Of a stretch of 64,000 nucleotides of DNA, positions 27,231 through 37,511 are shown piece after piece. Each line of letters begins with the position of its first letter. Position 1 is the stretch's first letter. Below the pieces are notes generated by a model. That model ran no database searches. It was not told the origin of the DNA and saw only the letters and a program-made list of their open reading frames with translations. The position numbers and the translations under genes are program-made. Source of the stretch: Candidatus Uhrbacteria bacterium (GTDB lineage Bacteria; Patescibacteriota; Patescibacteriia; UBA9934); the NCBI GenBank assembly GCA_943359325.1, contig CALRHD010000001.1, positions 6,240 to 70,239 of the forward strand, written 5' to 3'.

Positions 27231-28045
27231 TTGTTGCGTTGGCAGTGCTTAGTGTTGCCGCGTGGCGTGCGGGGACGTGGTTTGACGACACTGCATTGAC
27301 GGTGTGGGTATTTGACGTTGGGCAGGGTGATGCGATTTTTATTGATGCGCCGACCAAACAAATTCTTATTGACGGCGGACGTGACGCCACGGTGCTCGAA
27401 AAACTTTCAGCCGTGTTGCCGCCGTGGGATAGGTCGATCGACGTGATGATCGCAACGCATCCGCATGCCGACCATGTGCGTGGTTTGAATAGGGTGCTCG
27501 AGGCGTATGATGTCGGCGAAGTCGTCACAAGCGGCGTGTCGTATGGCGAAGTGCCCGCGATTGCGTTTCAAAAACTCGTCGGCGACGCAACGGTCGCAAC
27601 GGCAGGAATGACGTGGGACTTGGGGCACGGCGCGCGGCTCGATGTGGTGTGGCCGGCGACGGCAATGGAGGGTGCGGTGCTCGACAATGTGCACGAAGGC
27701 AATGTGGTGACGTTGCTCACCTATGGCGGAACAACCGTGCTGCTCACAGGTGACGTGGAGCAGGCAGAAGAGGATCAGTTTGTGCGGGGACTTCCGCATG
27801 TCGATGTTCTCAAAGTTGGTCATCATGGGAGCGATACGTCGACAGGGTTTTCGCTTTTGAACATCACGTCGCCGACATATGCCGTCATTTCCGTCGGCAA
27901 AGAAAATGACTACGGCCACCCGAGCAATCTCGTCGTCGATCGTTTACGGCGGGCAGGGGCGGTTGTGCTCCGCACCGACCTAGACGGCGACATTCGCATT
28001 CGTTCAACAGGCGGCGAACCCGACGTCGCACGGATTGGGTTGTAA
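27179..28045 (+). CDS. ComEC-type metallo-beta-lactamase domain protein with own signal anchor
   Basis: 288 aa. It overlaps the comEC 3' end by 52 nt in another frame. It has an N-terminal TM helix and MBL motifs HPHADHVRG and GHHGSD, so it corresponds to the ComEC C-terminal nuclease-like domain encoded separately. Confidence 0.75.
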   Translation: MANIFRIQNFTRLAAAIIVALAVLSVAAWRAGTWFDDTALTVWVFDVGQGDAIFIDAPTKQILIDGGRDATVLEKLSAVLPPWDRSIDVMIATHPHADHVRGLNRVLEAYDVGEVVTSGVSYGEVPAIAFQKLVGDATVATAGMTWDLGHGARLDVVWPATAMEGAVLDNVHEGNVVTLLTYGGTTVLLTGDVEQAEEDQFVRGLPHVDVLKVGHHGSDTSTGFSLLNITSPTYAVISVGKENDYGHPSNLVVDRLRRAGAVVLRTDLDGDIRIRSTGGEPDVARIGL

Positions 28046-28077
28046 AAAGTGGAGAGATTCCCTACTATGCACGCATT

Positions 28078-28863
28078 ATGAATATCGCATCATTGCGTCA
28101 GTCGAACAATATCTTTGTCGGTGGCGTTGTCATTCTGGCGATCGTCGTTTTTGTGTTACTCGTTTTACGCGAGCCGCAAACAGTGTGTGTGCAGGCAGTA
28201 TCGGCGTCGGGCATGACAATGCAGATCGACAAAAATACGTTGCTGCTCGGGTATGTTCCTGTTCGTGTCACTTTGCCGACAGGGAAGCACACGTTCACTT
28301 TGTTTACGCCAGAGGGTGCAAGAGAAGGAAGTGTACAAATATTCGACGCGAAGAGTCCTGAGGTGAACGGCGATAACGTGCTCACGGACTTGGTGCGTAT
28401 TGACTACTGTAATTTCTTATCATCGAACGACGTGTATGTGGTTGACGAGGGTGGTGTGCTCGTTGTGTACAAAATAACAACAAAGGGCGTCGAACCGACT
28501 GGTTTGCGATTGACGCCAAATGAGCACGACGGTGCTCTGATGCCGATGAATGTTGTTGTGGCCGTTAACGGGAAGCACATCGCGTATAATGTTACGGATC
28601 CGGACGGCGGTTCCGATTCGATCGTTGTTTCGGAAGTTGATGGGAAAAATGCGCACGATGTCGTTGTTGTTGGTACGGCAGATGGCGAGTTGTTACCGGA
28701 GTCGATGTTATGGTCGGAGATTGGCAAAGTTGTATACACCATTCGCACGCCAATTTCTTCTGAATATAGAGCGACCAATCCAGATAAAACGACGATGCTG
28801 ACCGGTTATACTGTCAACATCGCCACACTCGCCACAACGAAGGATCGCATTGTGTTCGAGTAA
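28078..28863 (+). CDS. hypothetical membrane-anchored extracytoplasmic protein
   Basis: 261 aa. An N-terminal TM anchor (VVILAIVVFVLLVL) is followed by a beta-rich domain. No recognisable motif. Confidence 0.5.
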   Translation: MNIASLRQSNNIFVGGVVILAIVVFVLLVLREPQTVCVQAVSASGMTMQIDKNTLLLGYVPVRVTLPTGKHTFTLFTPEGAREGSVQIFDAKSPEVNGDNVLTDLVRIDYCNFLSSNDVYVVDEGGVLVVYKITTKGVEPTGLRLTPNEHDGALMPMNVVVAVNGKHIAYNVTDPDGGSDSIVVSEVDGKNAHDVVVVGTADGELLPESMLWSEIGKVVYTIRTPISSEYRATNPDKTTMLTGYTVNIATLATTKDRIVFE

Positions 28864-28972
28864 AGAGCATTTACGACCCTCTTCTTTTTGACTTTCCCTA
28901 CGATTCCCGATATTCTTTGGCAAATTATCCACATGTGGGCACCTGAGCGGCCCACATAGTTATCCACAATGT

Positions 28973-29437
28973 ATGGCAGTAGAAATTCAGCGGACATTGG
29001 TGCTTATCAAGCCCGATGGTGTACAGAGGGAATTGGTTGGCGACGTGGTGACGCGATTTGAGCGTAAGGGCTTGAAAATCGTTGGCATGAAGTTGTCGCA
29101 TTTGTCCGAAGACGTATTGACGGAGCACTACGGCCACCACAAGGAAAAGCCATTTTTCCCTGGCCTTGTTGCATTTATGCGTGAAACACCGGTTGTTGCC
29201 GTTGTACTCGAAGGGCTTGGCGCGGTGGACGAGGTACGTAAGATTGTTGGTTCAACGAACCCGCTGAACGCCGATGCGGGGACGATTCGCGCCGACTTTT
29301 CCATGAGTATGGCAGGCAACATCGTCCACGCCTCCGATACGCTCGAGAATGCCGCAATCGAAATTGCTCGCTTTTTTAAGCCAGACGAAGTGTTTAGTTA
29401 CGGAAAATTGACGGACAAGTATCATTTTGGGGCGTAG
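28973..29437 (+). CDS. ndk: nucleoside diphosphate kinase
   Basis: 154 aa. Begins LVLIKPDGV and has the active-site NIVHASD. Confidence 0.95.
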   Translation: MAVEIQRTLVLIKPDGVQRELVGDVVTRFERKGLKIVGMKLSHLSEDVLTEHYGHHKEKPFFPGLVAFMRETPVVAVVLEGLGAVDEVRKIVGSTNPLNADAGTIRADFSMSMAGNIVHASDTLENAAIEIARFFKPDEVFSYGKLTDKYHFGA

Positions 29438-29486
29438 CGTCAACGCACTGCAGGCGGAGCCATTGCGCTCCGCCTTTTGTGTTATT

Positions 29487-30647
29487 ATGCTTCATATGAA
29501 TAAATACGTTTTGTCCGCGGTGGTGACGGCAGGGTGTGTGTTTGCGACTTTTGCACTTGCGGCGTCGTGGCCGCAGACGACGATGTCGACCATCTCCTCC
29601 AGTTTGTCGTCCACATTGCCGCCAAGTGGCCGCGTGTTTGAGCCGAGTGACATTGCTGTTACGTCGACGGGCGTTGTGCTTGTGTCCGACGAAGGCGACG
29701 TGGCAACGATGCGTGATGACGGAACCGAACTTTCCGAGTGGACGGTCGCGGTTGGCGCAGACCTGGAAGGCGTTGCGGTAAGCGGCAACACGCTGTACAT
29801 CGCCCACGAACGTGACCGTGATATTTACGTCTACGACATGACGACGCGCAGCCGTTTGGCGACGTACGACTTATCTCCGTGGCTTGCGGGGAGCGACAAC
29901 CTAGGGATCGAAGGCCTCGCGGTCAAAGGCAGCACGCTGTATGTCGGCTTGCAGTCGAACGGTGCGGTATACGAGTTTGACATTGCGGGAGGCGCGCCGA
30001 CCTTGACGACAAGCTGGGCAACGGGCCTGTCGACGCTTTCTGCACTTTCGTACGCTGAGGATGGAAAGTTGTATGTGATGGGCGCTGGTGTGTTGCGCGC
30101 ATTTGCCGCCGATCGGACCTATATCGAGTACATATTGCCGACGCAGCCGCAGCCCGAGGGCGTAGCACTCCGCGTGAACTGTGCCACGAACAATGCATCG
30201 ATTTTTATCGCAAACGACACTGGCCCCGTCTACCGTTATGAGGGTTTCCCCGTGACGTGTCCTTTTGCGCCGACGCCTGTTCCAGAACCTACTCCACCGC
30301 CAGTTATCGAACCTGCGCCGACGCCCGTGCCCGAACCGACGCCCGAACCAGTTCCTGTGCCAGAGCCGGTGACGTTCATTTCAGCATCTGGTGCGGCGAA
30401 TGGCGCGATTGTTGTGTCGTACAGCGATGGGACGTCAAAAACATTTTCCGTGTTTGCTATCAAGACTAAAACGGCAATTTCGACGGTGTATCAGTATAAA
30501 AGTAGTGATTATCTCGTCGTCTATGCGCCCTTTAACAAGCGTGTCGCAATTGTGAACGCCTACACTGGCGATGTTCTTGCGTGGCGTTGGATGCCACGAA
30601 AAACAAGCCAACTTGACTTGTGGTTGGTCAGTATCATGGGGTATTAG
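29487..30647 (+). CDS. secreted beta-propeller-like protein with Pro/Thr/Glu-rich linker
   Basis: Signal peptide, repeated blade-like segments, then the linker PTPVPEPTPPPVIEPAPTPVPEPTPEPVPVPEPV and a C-terminal domain. The family (SdiA-regulated/YjiK or phytase-like) is uncertain. The start could also be 29427 or about 29493. Confidence 0.55.
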   Translation: MLHMNKYVLSAVVTAGCVFATFALAASWPQTTMSTISSSLSSTLPPSGRVFEPSDIAVTSTGVVLVSDEGDVATMRDDGTELSEWTVAVGADLEGVAVSGNTLYIAHERDRDIYVYDMTTRSRLATYDLSPWLAGSDNLGIEGLAVKGSTLYVGLQSNGAVYEFDIAGGAPTLTTSWATGLSTLSALSYAEDGKLYVMGAGVLRAFAADRTYIEYILPTQPQPEGVALRVNCATNNASIFIANDTGPVYRYEGFPVTCPFAPTPVPEPTPPPVIEPAPTPVPEPTPEPVPVPEPVTFISASGAANGAIVVSYSDGTSKTFSVFAIKTKTAISTVYQYKSSDYLVVYAPFNKRVAIVNAYTGDVLAWRWMPRKTSQLDLWLVSIMGY

Positions 30648-30686
30648 GCATGTCACATCACACATTACCGGCACTCGATTGGCGAG

Positions 30687-32012
30687 ATGCCGGTTTTCCG
30701 TTATCGTATGGGAGCTATGCAAAAATTTTTCATGACAGGTGGGAAGCCACTCAAAGGGACGGTGCAGATTTCTGGTGCAAAAAACGCGGCATCAAAAATG
30801 ATCATCGCGTGTTTATTGACGGAGCAAACGGTGACGCTCGAGAACGTCCCGCTCCAGCAAGAAACAGACATTGCTCGCGAATTGGTCACAATGCTTGGGG
30901 CGACGGTGACGCAAGAGGGGCATACCATGACGGTGACAGCAGAAGATGTGTCGTCGACATCGGTCATGGAACTGACGCGAAAAAATCGGCTGTCGATTTT
31001 AGCGCTTGCACCGCTGTTGCACCGTGAGAAGAACGCGTTTGTTCCTGTTCCTGTTGGTGACAAAATTGGTCCGCGTCCGGTCAATTTTCACGTCGACGCA
31101 CTCACAAGAATGGGCGCAACGGTTGAACAGGTCGATGGCGGTTATCACGCTACTATTGGCGGCCGTTTGAAAGGCGCACTCATTGAACTTCCGTATCCGA
31201 GTGTCATGTCGACAGAAACTATTTTGCTTGCCGGCGTACTTGCCGAAGGGCGAACGGTCATTAAGAATGCGGCTATCGAACCGGAGATTGTCGACCTGAT
31301 TATGATGCTCCAAAAAATGGGAGCGATTATCGAAATGGGTGCGGGGCGACACATCGAAATTATCGGTGTTGAAAAATTGGGGGGCTGCACGCACAGAATT
31401 TTGCCCGATAGAATGGAGGCGGCAAGTTATGGCGCGCTGGCGTTGGCGACGCGCGGCGAAATTTTGGTGAGGGGCGCGAAGCATCGCGACATGGTGACGT
31501 TTTTGAATGCGGTGCGGCGCGTAGGCGGCAGTTATGAAGTCACCAATGATGGTATTATTTTCCGCGGCACCGAGAAATATCGCGGCATCAAGTTAGAAAC
31601 AGACACGCATCCTGGATTTATGACCGACTGGCAACAGCCATTTTTGGTGGTATTAACGCAAGCCGAAGGGACGAGTGTGATGCACGAAACAGTAATGGAG
31701 GATCGGTTCGGCTACACGAAGGCGCTTGTTGCGATGGGTGCCGACATTACGCTATTCGAGAATTGTTTGGGTGAAACGCCGTGCCGATTCCGCGACAAAA
31801 ATTATAAACATTCTGTGGTCATCAACGGCCCAACGCCCCTCACCGCAACCGCGCTTGCGGTCACCGATATTCGTGCAGGCCTTGCATACGTCGTTGCGGC
31901 GCTTGTCGCAAAGGGCACGTCGGAAATTACGGGCGTTGAGCATTTAGAGCGTGGCTACGAAGACTTGCTCGGAAAGCTCCAGTCCTGCGGTGCTGATGTT
32001 CGCGCAGAATAA
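30687..32012 (+). CDS. murA: UDP-N-acetylglucosamine 1-carboxyvinyltransferase
   Basis: Begins KPLKGTVQISGAKNAASKMIIACLL and contains the catalytic Cys region. The track start at 30687 is an alternative codon. The ATG at about 30717 (MQKFFMTGG) is more likely. Confidence 0.95.
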   Translation: MPVFRYRMGAMQKFFMTGGKPLKGTVQISGAKNAASKMIIACLLTEQTVTLENVPLQQETDIARELVTMLGATVTQEGHTMTVTAEDVSSTSVMELTRKNRLSILALAPLLHREKNAFVPVPVGDKIGPRPVNFHVDALTRMGATVEQVDGGYHATIGGRLKGALIELPYPSVMSTETILLAGVLAEGRTVIKNAAIEPEIVDLIMMLQKMGAIIEMGAGRHIEIIGVEKLGGCTHRILPDRMEAASYGALALATRGEILVRGAKHRDMVTFLNAVRRVGGSYEVTNDGIIFRGTEKYRGIKLETDTHPGFMTDWQQPFLVVLTQAEGTSVMHETVMEDRFGYTKALVAMGADITLFENCLGETPCRFRDKNYKHSVVINGPTPLTATALAVTDIRAGLAYVVAALVAKGTSEITGVEHLERGYEDLLGKLQSCGADVRAE

Positions 32013-32014
32013 AT

Positions 32015-32695
32015 ATGATTTGGTCCCTCTTTTCCATTGCTCCACTGCTTGCCTTCCTCTGGATTTTTGTTGTGGTCATGTCGCTTTCTGTGCATGAGTG
32101 TTGCCATGCGTTGGCAGGGAAGTTGCTTGGCGACACAACAGCGGAACGTGCGGGGCGACTCACGTTGAACCCATTCGCACACCTCGACCCCGTTGGCTTC
32201 CTCATGTTGCTCTTCATTGGCTTTGGCTGGGCAAAGCCTGTGCCGTATAACCCGCATGCACTTCAACACCCTATTCGCGACTCAGTGTTGATTGGTCTCG
32301 CGGGCCCTGCGTCAAACATTCTTCTCGCACTTTTGTCGGGCGCGGTTTTTTATATGCTTGTTGTGAGTGGTATTGTGTCGACGACAAGCATGTTGGCGAT
32401 TTTCTTGGTACTCACCGTGTTCATCAACGGCATTCTCGCTGCATTTAACGTCATTCCTTTGCCACCACTCGACGGCTCAAAAATCGTCGACGCAATACTC
32501 GCCGCAACACGCCAGCACGAACTTGCAGCGATGTTTACACGATTCGGGTCATTGTTGCTGCTTGGGCTTGTTATTGTGTCATCGACGTCAAACATTCCTA
32601 TCTTCGATTTTATTTCGTTTCCTGCATCGTGGTTTTGTGACGTTGTGTTGACTCCGGTGTGTACAGAAGTTTTTTCTCACGCACTTGGTGCATGA
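32015..32695 (+). CDS. M50 family (site-2 protease-like) membrane metalloprotease
   Basis: 226 aa. HExxH within a TM segment (HECCHAL), a downstream LDG motif, and 4-6 TM helices. Confidence 0.8.
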   Translation: MIWSLFSIAPLLAFLWIFVVVMSLSVHECCHALAGKLLGDTTAERAGRLTLNPFAHLDPVGFLMLLFIGFGWAKPVPYNPHALQHPIRDSVLIGLAGPASNILLALLSGAVFYMLVVSGIVSTTSMLAIFLVLTVFINGILAAFNVIPLPPLDGSKIVDAILAATRQHELAAMFTRFGSLLLLGLVIVSSTSNIPIFDFISFPASWFCDVVLTPVCTEVFSHALGA

Positions 32696-32761
32696 CCAAA
32701 TGAAACAAAAGCCTCACGGCCATCGAGGGTGGCGGCGTGAGGCGAAGAAATCTATAGACGG

Positions 32762-33148
32762 TTATGTAAGGCAGGCTATTCTTTGTTCTGCGGCGTCGAT
32801 GGAGAGTGGAGAACTCACGAACATGTCGACCAGTGCACGGTCGGTGGAGTTGCTTCGTGGCGCGGTGCTCGGCGCGGCAGGTTCGGCGTGCGGCTTTGCC
32901 GTGAAATGCGCTTGAAGCTGGGCGGGCGTCTCGATGCTGCGCGGTGCATGAGCGTGAAAGTGGCAGCCGCCGTTACAGGTGAGGACGACGTGTGAGTCCG
33001 AAATCGGTTGCGACTGCATTTGTCCACCGCAGAATTTGTGTACGCCGAGCACATGAAGGCGGTCGGTGAAGATACGGGCGGTGGGGTGGTGGAGTAGGTC
33101 AGAAAGTACGAGCGTATTGCCGAATTCGTCGAACGTGATGTTTTGCAT
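32762..33148 (-). CDS. hypothetical protein with CxxC-H-x-H cluster
   Basis: 128 aa. Its composition looks protein-like and it has a CNGGCHFHAH motif, but the family is not recognised. An overlapping minus-strand ORF in another frame is judged less protein-like. Confidence 0.3.
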   Translation of the reverse strand: MQNITFDEFGNTLVLSDLLHHPTARIFTDRLHVLGVHKFCGGQMQSQPISDSHVVLTCNGGCHFHAHAPRSIETPAQLQAHFTAKPHAEPAAPSTAPRSNSTDRALVDMFVSSPLSIDAAEQRIACLT

Positions 33149-33248
33149 TTTAGTCTCCTGCTGCGGGAAGAGGCAGCGAACGTAGTATAGGGGCGGGGCA
33201 AGGAATCTGCAACTTTCCGTCTTGTTTTCAGCATTTTTGTTAAAACGC

Positions 33249-33279
33249 CAACACTACGCACTGACAGTGCGTAGTGTTG
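33249..33279. repeat. palindrome family copy B
   Basis: CAACACTACGCACTG-A-CAGTGCGTAGTGTTG, followed by ATAAT. It lies about 67 bp upstream of the rpsL start. Confidence 0.8.
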
Positions 33280-33345
33280 ATAATGTGTGGATAGGTTAGG
33301 CGCGTTGACCGCTATTTCTGCTTATGTTAGAGTTCTCGCACTTTT

Positions 33346-33786
33346 ATGCCTACAATCAATCAATTGATCCGTAAGGGTCGTACTCCTAATAAAACGAAGA
33401 GCAAGTCGCCGGCGTTGCAATATACGCTCGACTCTTTGCATCGCAAGCGCACGGTGCTCCCGAAGGGTTCTCCGTTCAAACGCGGTGTGTGTGTGCAGGT
33501 TCGCACCATGACGCCAAAAAAGCCAAACTCGGCACTCCGCAAAATTGCGCGTGTGCGTTTGAGTAACGGCACCGAAGTTACTGCCTATATTCCCGGCGAA
33601 GGTCACAACTTGCAGGAGCACTCGATTGTGATGATTCGTGGTGGTCGTGTGAAAGATCTTCCTGGTGTGCGTTATCATATTGTTCGCGGTCGCTACGACG
33701 CAACGGGTGTCGAAGGTCGTAATCGTGGTCGTTCACGCTACGGTGCAAAGCGCCCGAAAGCAAAAAAGAAGGTCGAAAAGAAATAA
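33346..33786 (+). CDS. rpsL: 30S ribosomal protein S12
   Basis: Contains [48 protein letters not shown], and a C-terminal basic tail. Confidence 0.97.
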   Translation: MPTINQLIRKGRTPNKTKSKSPALQYTLDSLHRKRTVLPKGSPFKRGVCVQVRTMTPKKPNSALRKIARVRLSNGTEVTAYIPGEGHNLQEHSIVMIRGGRVKDLPGVRYHIVRGRYDATGVEGRNRGRSRYGAKRPKAKKKVEKK

Positions 33787-33854
33787 CATAATTAAAAAAT
33801 CAAATCGTCATTCGCAGTACCGCCACGCGGGAAGGAGCGAAGACGAATTAGCCT

Positions 33855-34322
33855 ATGCGTGGTAAACAAGCCCCCAAACGAGAGATGATTCCCGACTTTA
33901 AGTTCGGGAATGTTGTCGTTACCAAGCTCATTAATTACGTCATGAAGAGCGGCAAGAAAACGGCGGCAGAGCACATTGTGTACGATTGTTTTGATATTAT
34001 TGCTGCGGAGACGAAAGAAAATCCGATGGATGTCTTTGACAACGCACTCAAGAACGTTACGCCGACGGTCGAAGTGAAGAGCAAGCGTGTCGGCGGTGCA
34101 AACTACCAAGTACCGATTCCTGTACGTGGTGAGCGCCGCAACGCATTGGCGTTCCGATGGATTTTGGGCGCAGCACGCGGCAAGAAAGGTCGTCCGATGT
34201 GCGAAAAACTCGCCGAAGAATTGATGGCAGCAGCACGCGGCGAAGGCGAAGCATTCAAAAAGAAGCTCGACGTGCAGCGCATGGCAGACGCCAACCGCGC
34301 ATTCGCACACTTGGCCCGATAA
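33855..34322 (+). CDS. rpsG: 30S ribosomal protein S7
   Basis: 155 aa, ending [17 protein letters not shown]...ANRAFAHLA. Confidence 0.97.
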   Translation: MRGKQAPKREMIPDFKFGNVVVTKLINYVMKSGKKTAAEHIVYDCFDIIAAETKENPMDVFDNALKNVTPTVEVKSKRVGGANYQVPIPVRGERRNALAFRWILGAARGKKGRPMCEKLAEELMAAARGEGEAFKKKLDVQRMADANRAFAHLAR

Positions 34323-34327
34323 TTTAT

Positions 34328-36415
34328 ATGCAAAGAGACTATCCCCTTGATCACGTTCGCAACATTGGCATCATTGCCCACATTGACGCGGGTAAAACCA
34401 CGACGACAGAGCGCGTGCTTTTTTACACGGGCAAAAAACATAAAATTGGCGAAGTGCACGAAGGCGAGGCGACCATGGACTGGATGGAGCAGGAACAGGA
34501 GCGCGGCATCACCATTACCGCTGCCGCGACGACCTGTTTTTGGAAAGGTCACCGCATTAACATTATCGATACTCCAGGGCACGTCGACTTTACTGTAGAG
34601 GTCGAGCGTTCTCTTCGTGTGCTCGATGGCGGTGTGACGGTGTTCGACGGTGTTGCGGGCGTTGAGCCGCAGTCCGAAACCGTGTGGCACCAAGCCGACA
34701 AGTACGGTGTGCCGCGTATTTGCTACATCAACAAGCTCGATCGTACCGGCGCTGATTTCTACAAAGATCTTGATTCAATCCACAAACGTCTCACCACGCA
34801 GGCATTCCCGATTCAGTTGCCGATTGGTGTGGAGTCAAACTTTTTGGGTATCATCGACCTTTTCACTCGAAAGGCGTTCATGTATCGCGATGACATGGGG
34901 AAGATTGTCGACGAAGTGGAAGTGCCAGAAGAATATAAGGCAAAGACCGAAGAGTACCGCGCAAAGCTCGTCGAAGCGATTGTTGAACACGACGAAGCAC
35001 TCATGGAGCGGTATTTGGGTGGTGAAGATTTGGGTGTCGACGAACTAAAGGCGGCGCTTCGTAAGGGTGTCGTCGCGATGAAAATTTTCCCGGTGTTGTG
35101 TGGGTCGTCTCTCAAAAACAAGGGCGTGCAGCAAATGTTGGATGCGGTCGTGGAGTTTTTGCCGTCGCCGCTCGATGTTCCGCCGATTACGGGTTTTGAT
35201 CCTGACGACGAAGAAAAAGTCACTGCGTGTATTCCGTCTGACACCGCGCCGTTCGCTGCGCTTGCGTTCAAAATTGCCGCAGATCCATTTGTAGGCAAGC
35301 TCGCATTTTTTCGCGTGTATTCTGGTTCGGTCAAAGCAGGGAGTTACATCTTAAATACGGCAACAGGCGAGAAGGAGCGTTTGTCGCGTATTGTGCGTTT
35401 GCACGCAAATTCTCGTGAAGACGTGGAGGAAGTGTTTGCAGGAGAAATTGCTGCTGCTGTCGGTCTTCGTGGCACGATGACCGGCCATACACTTTGTGAT
35501 CCCGACCATCCGATTGTGCTTGAGAACATTACGTTCGCGTTGCCGGTTATTTCGCAAGCACTTGAACCGAAAACAAAAGGTGATCAAGAAAAAATGGGCG
35601 TTGCGCTTCAGAAACTTTCGGAAGAGGATCCGACGTTCCATGTGCGTACCGACACGGACACGCTCCAGACGATTATTTCGGGTATGGGCGAATTGCACCT
35701 CGAAATCATGGTCGACCGCATGAAGCGCGAGTATGGCGTCGAGGCAAACGTCGGAAATCCGCAAGTGAGCTATCGCGAGACGATTCGTGGCAACGCTGAG
35801 GGCGAAGGGAAGTACATCAAACAGTCTGGCGGTCGCGGTCAATATGGCCATTGCTGGTTGCGCGTGGAGCCGTTTGTTGACCCTGAGGGTGAAAACTTTA
35901 CGTTTGAGGACGAGGTGAAGGGCGGCGCGATTCCAAAGGAATTTATTACGCCAATCGAGAAAGGTGCGCGTGAAGCGATGGATCGCGGTATTCTTGCGGG
36001 ATACCCACTCATTAACATCAAAGCGACGGTGTACGACGGCAGCTACCACGACGTCGACAGTAACGAAGCGGCGTTTAAGATGGCGGGCAGCATGGCATTC
36101 CAAGAGGCGTGTCGTAAAGCGAAACCTGTTATTCTCGAGCCGGTCATGAAGGTTGAAGCGGTGACGCCAGAGGACTTTATGGGTACGGTTGTCGGCGACT
36201 TGAATGCGAAGCGCGGACAAATTCAGGAAATGGGCGACCGTGGAACAGTGAAATTCGTTCGCGCCATGGTGCCGCTCGCAGAAATGTTCGGCTACTCGAC
36301 GTCGCTTCGTTCCATGACGCAAGGTCGTGCAAGTTACTCCATGGAATTTGGAGAATACCAGGAAGTGCCGCGCAACATTGCAGAAGAGATTATCAAGAAG
36401 CGCAGCGCGAAATAG
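34328..36415 (+). CDS. fusA: elongation factor G
   Basis: 695 aa from the ATG at 34328 ([29 protein letters not shown]). The track ORF at 34157 is an out-of-context upstream extension that overlaps rpsG. Confidence 0.97.
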   Translation: MQRDYPLDHVRNIGIIAHIDAGKTTTTERVLFYTGKKHKIGEVHEGEATMDWMEQEQERGITITAAATTCFWKGHRINIIDTPGHVDFTVEVERSLRVLDGGVTVFDGVAGVEPQSETVWHQADKYGVPRICYINKLDRTGADFYKDLDSIHKRLTTQAFPIQLPIGVESNFLGIIDLFTRKAFMYRDDMGKIVDEVEVPEEYKAKTEEYRAKLVEAIVEHDEALMERYLGGEDLGVDELKAALRKGVVAMKIFPVLCGSSLKNKGVQQMLDAVVEFLPSPLDVPPITGFDPDDEEKVTACIPSDTAPFAALAFKIAADPFVGKLAFFRVYSGSVKAGSYILNTATGEKERLSRIVRLHANSREDVEEVFAGEIAAAVGLRGTMTGHTLCDPDHPIVLENITFALPVISQALEPKTKGDQEKMGVALQKLSEEDPTFHVRTDTDTLQTIISGMGELHLEIMVDRMKREYGVEANVGNPQVSYRETIRGNAEGEGKYIKQSGGRGQYGHCWLRVEPFVDPEGENFTFEDEVKGGAIPKEFITPIEKGAREAMDRGILAGYPLINIKATVYDGSYHDVDSNEAAFKMAGSMAFQEACRKAKPVILEPVMKVEAVTPEDFMGTVVGDLNAKRGQIQEMGDRGTVKFVRAMVPLAEMFGYSTSLRSMTQGRASYSMEFGEYQEVPRNIAEEIIKKRSAK

Positions 36416-36428
36416 GTTGGCGCAGAGG

Positions 36429-36470
36429 CGGGGCTTTCGTCGACGAACGACGTGCCCCGTTTTTGTTTTT
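36429..36470 (+). terminator. intrinsic terminator after fusA
   Basis: CGGGGC-[CGTCGACGAACGACG]-GCCCCG hairpin followed by TTTTTGTTTTT. Confidence 0.7.
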
Positions 36471-36497
36471 GACGGTATATTTTTGGGGATGTATAGT
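36469..36497 (+). promoter_or_regulatory. sigma70-like promoter for the TA module
   Basis: TTGACG, then a 17-nt spacer, then TATAGT. It sits about 25 bp upstream of the antitoxin start. Confidence 0.55.
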
Positions 36498-36522
36498 ATA
36501 AGAAGAAATAAGCAAAATTCTT

Positions 36523-36726
36523 ATGGCTTCAACGATCACTATTTCACTGCCCGCAGTCACGATAAAAAAAGTTCGTGCGCAAGTGGCAACGGGGCAGTTT
36601 GCTTCGACGAGTGAATTTTTTCGCGACCTTCTTCGTCATTGGGAGGAGCAGAGTTTGGTAAAACAAATTGGGCGGAATAAAAAAGAAAAACCTATCAAAT
36701 TGACATCATTTCAGGATTGGCAATAA
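36523..36726 (+). CDS. ribbon-helix-helix antitoxin (ParD/CopG-like)
   Basis: 67 aa. An N-terminal beta-strand plus two helices (ISLPAVTIKKVRAQVATGQFASTSEFFRDLLRHWEE). It lies directly upstream of the toxin with a 6-nt gap. Confidence 0.7.
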   Translation: MASTITISLPAVTIKKVRAQVATGQFASTSEFFRDLLRHWEEQSLVKQIGRNKKEKPIKLTSFQDWQ

Positions 36727-36732
36727 GCCAAT

Positions 36733-36990
36733 ATGGAGGTGTATTATTATGCGAGTTTTTTGCGTCAGGTAAAGAAACTTCCAAAGTCAATTCGTGCAGT
36801 GGCTATTGAACGGACGAAGCTTTTTATCAAAAATCCTCACGATCCATCACTAAAACTTCATAAACTGCACGGACAACTCAAAGGCCATTTTGCATTTTGG
36901 GTGGATTTTCGTATAAGAATTATCCTAGAAATAAAATCAGAACGGGCATATTTCCATGCTATCGGTGATCATGGTGTATATAATACATAA
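36733..36990 (+). CDS. ParE/RelE-family toxin
   Basis: 85 aa. It has the RelE/ParE fold pattern and a C-terminal ...FHAIGDHGVY, which is typical of ParE/RelE toxins. Confidence 0.7.
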   Translation: MEVYYYASFLRQVKKLPKSIRAVAIERTKLFIKNPHDPSLKLHKLHGQLKGHFAFWVDFRIRIILEIKSERAYFHAIGDHGVYNT

Positions 36991-37080
36991 CGAAGCTGTT
37001 TTATTGGGCAAAGATTTTAACCATGGTTTTGTCACTCTACGTGAGATGTGTTATGACACCCATGTCACAAGGAGCTCCCC

Positions 37081-37293
37081 ATGTCCGAAGTTATCACGAG
37101 ACTTGAGCGTGCAGAGAATGATTTGTCTCAATTTCGCCGTGCCGCAGCAATCATCGTCCTCTTATCGCCGTTGATCTTCTTCGATCGATTCAGGGCCTGT
37201 CATCGGTGGAATACGTGCAGCTTGGCATTACGCCCGAGGAATATAGTGCCGTGCGAAAATTTGCGACGGGGTCGCCATGACCATTCGCATTAA
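37081..37293 (+). CDS. small ORF with Shine-Dalgarno, possibly frameshifted (continues in +2 frame to TGA 37278-37280)
   Basis: AAGGAG lies 7 nt upstream of the ATG. The frame-A product turns nonsensical after about 35 aa. Frame B reads SIQGLSSVEYVQLGITPEEYSAVRKFATGSP and ends in an ATGA overlap with the next ORF. Confidence 0.25.
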   Translation: MSEVITRLERAENDLSQFRRAAAIIVLLSPLIFFDRFRACHRWNTCSLALRPRNIVPCENLRRGRHDHSH

Positions 37294-37468
37294 CCTTGTT
37301 GAGTGGTTACAAAAGCGTGAACGAGCTTTGCGTCGTGCAATGAAAAAAGCGTACGACGCTCCTGCGTCGCCCGAAGAACAATGGAGCAAAGAACACGCAG
37401 TCGACGTATCGGGAACTCGCGCGCTTCTCAAGAACGCTCTCCGCAAGCTCGGCCGCCATTCGTCGTAG
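37277..37468 (+). CDS. small basic ORF translationally coupled to the preceding ORF
   Basis: 63 aa (MTIRINLVEWLQKRERALRRAMKKAYD...). The ATGA overlap links it to the upstream reading frame. Confidence 0.3.
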   Translation: MTIRINLVEWLQKRERALRRAMKKAYDAPASPEEQWSKEHAVDVSGTRALLKNALRKLGRHSS

Positions 37469-37511
37469 CCCCGCCCGTCATCGATCCCCGATGACCGCGG
37501 GGTGTTTTGTT

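Noticed and set aside
34157-34327. Upstream extension of the fusA track ORF overlapping rpsG
   Set aside because: The extension is non-homologous and Arg-rich, and it overlaps rpsG in another frame. The conserved EF-G N-terminus begins at the ATG at 34328. The same reasoning trims the track starts of rpsA, rpmF, rpsH, rplF, secY, adk, parA and dac.
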